NCBI GenBank assembly: GCA_945870865.1
Contig: CAMBTO010000001.1
Span: forward strand, 15,487-79,486
Direction of reading: 5' to 3'
Source: Klebsiella pneumoniae
Lineage (GTDB): Bacteria > Pseudomonadota > Gammaproteobacteria > Eutrophobiales > Eutrophobiaceae
Length of the DNA stretch: 64,000 nucleotides
Shown: one piece after another, positions 60,957-64,000 of the stretch
Position numbering within the stretch: the first letter of the stretch is position 1
Layout of the letters: every line of letters starts with the position of its first letter
The notes under the pieces: model-generated
What the model was told of the DNA's origin: nothing
Databases searched by the model: none
Seen by the model: only the letters and a program-made list of their open reading frames with translations
Position numbers and translations under genes: made by a program

Positions 60957-61367
60957 CTATTTTTTTAAACTGGCCTTCAGCGTCTTTATCTCTTCCCTGG
61001 TGATCGGCTTGAACTTGCCGAGCCCGCAGGAAGGACCCGCCTGGAATCCAGGGCCAATCTTGTCCAGTACCGTGATCACGTCGATGTCACACAACTCATT
61101 GGTTGAGGTACGATACATGATCGACTCGTTCAGCCGGAGTCCATTACAGGCGTAGGGCAAGGTGTTCAGATAGTAATCATTGATACCGATCTGGAACACG
61201 ACGTTCTCGTTATCAATCACGTCGACATTCTCGATGCGGTCGATTTTTACGCAGCGGATGGGTTCCTTGTCTGTGACTGCATCCTGCGCATGCACTACAG
61301 GAACCACGCTCAGACAAACCAGACTGATAGCGGCAATACGGGTATAAAACGGTATTTTGTTAGGCAT
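60957..61367 (-). CDS. secreted hypothetical protein (136 aa, 4 Cys)
   Basis: The product has the signal peptide AAISLVCLSVVPVVHAQ. No family was recognised. Confidence 0.4.
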   Translation of the reverse strand: MPNKIPFYTRIAAISLVCLSVVPVVHAQDAVTDKEPIRCVKIDRIENVDVIDNENVVFQIGINDYYLNTLPYACNGLRLNESIMYRTSTNELCDIDVITVLDKIGPGFQAGPSCGLGKFKPITREEIKTLKASLKK

Positions 61368-61462
61368 ATTACGAGTCCTCCTGACTATATTAACGCACCG
61401 ACATCAATGGCGTTGACCTGCCTGTAGACTAAACCTGTTCCGGGTGGTTCGGCTATCGGTAT

Positions 61463-62155
61463 TTAGTGTTTGCGCTGCAATAGAAATGGTATCAAACACA
61501 ACATATAGACGGCTGACCCGGCAACTACGAGAGTCAGCAGATACCCGGGCCAGGCACCCATTGCGTCCATCAGCGTGTTCTGTGCCGGTTTTGCACATAA
61601 ATACATATAGTTTGTGCCCAACAGGTAATTCAGCAGACCGATGACCAGCATCAGTGCTATCGATGCGATTATTGCCTTTACTGCCGAGCGCCAGGACGGA
61701 CGAAACTGCCAGACAAAGGTCGCAAACAGTACACCCAGCATAATCAGGCCATGCCCGAGAAAGAAATGGAAAAAACGCGGATGGGGGAAACCGACCGACA
61801 GGTCGGGTGTCAGCATCGCAGCAATCGACCCACCGATACCCCAGAAATACGCAATCTCATAGGCTGCATAACTGCGACGCCACAACATCCAGGCGGTCAG
61901 CAGCGCCGCAACGGCACACAACTGCAGGGGCAAACTCTCTGCCAGCGACAACTGATATACAACCCTGTCCAGCACTGCGACCACGATCTCATTTATGAAC
62001 AACACCGCCGCAATCAACAGGGCAATTCTGCGACCTCTGTTCTGGTCCACGCCACGCATTGACCACGGAATTACAACAACGGCCGTCAGGACGGCCAGCA
62101 CCATGACGATATGGGACTGACCAAACGGGACAAACGGTGGCAGCTCACTCGTCAT
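61463..62155 (-). CDS. integral membrane protein (6-7 TM helices), family uncertain
   Basis: The hydrophobic segments are evident, and the product is about 230 aa. It may belong to a YwaF/TIGR02206-like family, from memory only. Confidence 0.4.
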   Translation of the reverse strand: MTSELPPFVPFGQSHIVMVLAVLTAVVVIPWSMRGVDQNRGRRIALLIAAVLFINEIVVAVLDRVVYQLSLAESLPLQLCAVAALLTAWMLWRRSYAAYEIAYFWGIGGSIAAMLTPDLSVGFPHPRFFHFFLGHGLIMLGVLFATFVWQFRPSWRSAVKAIIASIALMLVIGLLNYLLGTNYMYLCAKPAQNTLMDAMGAWPGYLLTLVVAGSAVYMLCLIPFLLQRKH

Positions 62156-62197
62156 TACTGCATCCTTTTTATGGACTCCGCAATTCCAGTCATACCC

Positions 62198-63691
62198 TCA
62201 GAACAGTGCACGCAGCGACATTGCCGTAAAGAATGTGTAGAAGATGGCCGTGAAGACTAGCGCCACGCGCCGCCACATTGGGGGCCGCAAGGGTGCTGGT
62301 AGCAATCGTGTGTTCACATACAGCAGATGCAGTGATGAAAAAATCAACACGATACCGGCCATGTTCGCACTGATCTGTAATAACATAATCGGCGGCGCAA
62401 ACCGCAAGGCGATGATGCCCCAGACAACTACCACTGCCAATACGGTGTAATACAGTTTGCGTACGTCACGTCTGCTCCAGTTACGGCAATTCTCACTGCC
62501 CGTCCATAACAGATCGGTCACGGTGCGAACCATGCCTTCAAGTATGTCGAGCTGCGTCTTGAACAGCAACCATACAGCCAGTAAGGCGACCACAACGGCC
62601 ATATATGGCCCGGCGGCAGACCCGACACCTTGTGCCAGTACTGCACCGATGCCCGGTCCGCGTATATCACTGCCAGGCTCAACCAGCGAAACATACAGCA
62701 CCGCCGGTAACATCATGCCAATCAAGGCGCCGACAAAAAACACGCCCCACTGATCGGCGCGAATAATACGCCACCAGCCGTGCCAGCGTTTCATCGACTC
62801 TGCATCCGGCGTGAAGGTATAACCCGTTGATGCCAGTTCAACCTTGTCGCCACCGATTGCGGACGGGATATACCCGACCAGTTTCGACATGCCGTAACCC
62901 TTGTCACGTGCCCAGTTGGACAGGACGATATTGACCATACCACCGGCGCCAGAGTAGCCAGCCAATGCGGCCAGCAGGAAGAAATCCGCACCCTCGGGCA
63001 GGAAATTGAACTGACCGATCTTCGTATCAAAGCCGACGAAGCCGGCAGCGACCCCGACCCAGTTACCCAGCGGCACCAGTATGATCGCCATGATCAGAAA
63101 ACCGCCAAGGATGCAAATGACCAGAATCCAGTTCAGCACCTCCAGCGTACGTTCAATACGCCGACCAAACATCAGGATGGTGACACAAGCGAGAAATGTA
63201 CCAACGCCGATCAGGTATATCGTATCCTTGTCTGCTGCCTCAGGCAGATGCTGTGCAAACAGGAAAAACACGGCCCCCGCGGCCGTTCCGGCCCAGGCGG
63301 GCCAGCCGACCTGCAAGAAAAACAGGATGGCATAGAACCAGGCCCAGGCAGTTGATGAGGGGCGCGTACGCATGAATCCGGTGACAGCCGGCTCGCCGGT
63401 CGCCATTGTGTAGCGCATCAGTTCGGTGTTAAAGACCGTTTGCAGAAACACAGCAATCGTCGTCACCCAGAACAGCGACAAACCGAGTTTGACAAACACG
63501 GCAGGCCCCAGCAAAAACTCGCCGCTACCTATTGACGCGCCGAGCACTATCACACCCGGCCCCACTACCCCCATCCAACCGAGGCCCTTGGGCATCGGTG
63601 GCAATGGCAAGTCGGCGTTTTTCCATGCCGCAAGTCCTGACCGCGACTCCGGACTGATTATTGAATTATTCTGTTCTGCTGCACTGGACAT
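62198..63691 (-). CDS. polytopic membrane transporter, distantly Nramp/MntH-like (DPGN replaced by GSGE)
   Basis: The product is 497 aa with 11 or more TM helices. The N-terminal GPGVIVLGASIGSGEF aligns by eye to the Nramp GPGFLMSIAYxDPGN region. Confidence 0.35.
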   Translation of the reverse strand: MSSAAEQNNSIISPESRSGLAAWKNADLPLPPMPKGLGWMGVVGPGVIVLGASIGSGEFLLGPAVFVKLGLSLFWVTTIAVFLQTVFNTELMRYTMATGEPAVTGFMRTRPSSTAWAWFYAILFFLQVGWPAWAGTAAGAVFFLFAQHLPEAADKDTIYLIGVGTFLACVTILMFGRRIERTLEVLNWILVICILGGFLIMAIILVPLGNWVGVAAGFVGFDTKIGQFNFLPEGADFFLLAALAGYSGAGGMVNIVLSNWARDKGYGMSKLVGYIPSAIGGDKVELASTGYTFTPDAESMKRWHGWWRIIRADQWGVFFVGALIGMMLPAVLYVSLVEPGSDIRGPGIGAVLAQGVGSAAGPYMAVVVALLAVWLLFKTQLDILEGMVRTVTDLLWTGSENCRNWSRRDVRKLYYTVLAVVVVWGIIALRFAPPIMLLQISANMAGIVLIFSSLHLLYVNTRLLPAPLRPPMWRRVALVFTAIFYTFFTAMSLRALF

Positions 63692-63919
63692 CTGGCCCCC
63701 CCATTTATCCGTTTTAGCCTCTTGTTATATTCGGGCTGTCCTGTGAGGATAATCTACTTTGGAGATAAATTCCCGCAAAAGTTGGGCGCACCAGGCGCAA
63801 ATGACAACCTGTACAGACAAGATTGTCTTCGCTATGCTTCCTTTGAATTCACATCAGCGGACAATCGGCAAGTGCCTGAGTACCGGCGCACTTTTTTCAT
63901 ATACAGATAGCGGAGAGGC

Positions 63920-64000
63920 AGATGCAATTTCATCTGAACGGCTTCAGGACCGGCAATCCGGATATTGCCGAGGCGGACGCTCGTGCCCGGGAGCACGGCC
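63920..64000 (+). CDS. partial ORF (N-terminus MQFHLNGFRTGNPDIAEADARAREHG), function not assignable
   Basis: The ATG at 63920 follows a GGAGAGG RBS. The ORF is truncated by the window end. Confidence 0.25.

Overview
This is a gammaproteobacterial chromosomal segment of roughly 52% GC that is very rich in phosphorus-metabolism genes. It contains no rRNA, tRNA, CRISPR arrays, transposases or integrases. A partial ggt runs off the left window edge on the minus strand and is not in the ORF track. It is followed by a ferredoxin gene, coaD, rsmD, a pair of M16 zinc-peptidase subunits, a methyltransferase, a sixA-like gene, and ppx and ppk in convergent orientation. The main feature is a large Pho regulon cluster laid out as ppk, phoU-pstB-pstA-pstC, an accessory island, pstS, and phoR-phoB. 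The accessory island carries a complete type II secretion operon (gspCDEFGHIJKLMN). It also holds a TonB-dependent receptor with a beta-helix lipoprotein, an LpxR-like outer-membrane protein, and two small secreted proteins. Pho-box-like direct repeats that I can read directly sit upstream of pstS, a porin gene, the TonB-dependent receptor, a TPR protein gene and a small secreted protein gene. A housekeeping block follows: comEA, leuS, lptE, holA, proA, nadD, rsfS, rlmH and maf. After that come a second putative phosphate-scavenging operon (TonB-dependent receptor, endonuclease/exonuclease/phosphatase-family protein and PhoD-like phosphatase), the rimK trio, a K+-independent H+-pyrophosphatase beside a probable PPi-dependent phosphofructokinase, bepA, a CPBP protease gene, and three poorly characterised membrane or secreted protein genes. 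The most interesting hypothesis is that the secretion operon is a phosphate-starvation-induced system analogous to Pseudomonas Hxc, inserted into the split pst operon, with PhoD-like and endonuclease/exonuclease/phosphatase-family enzymes as candidate cargo. All functional calls rest on reading motifs and recalling families; no database search was run.
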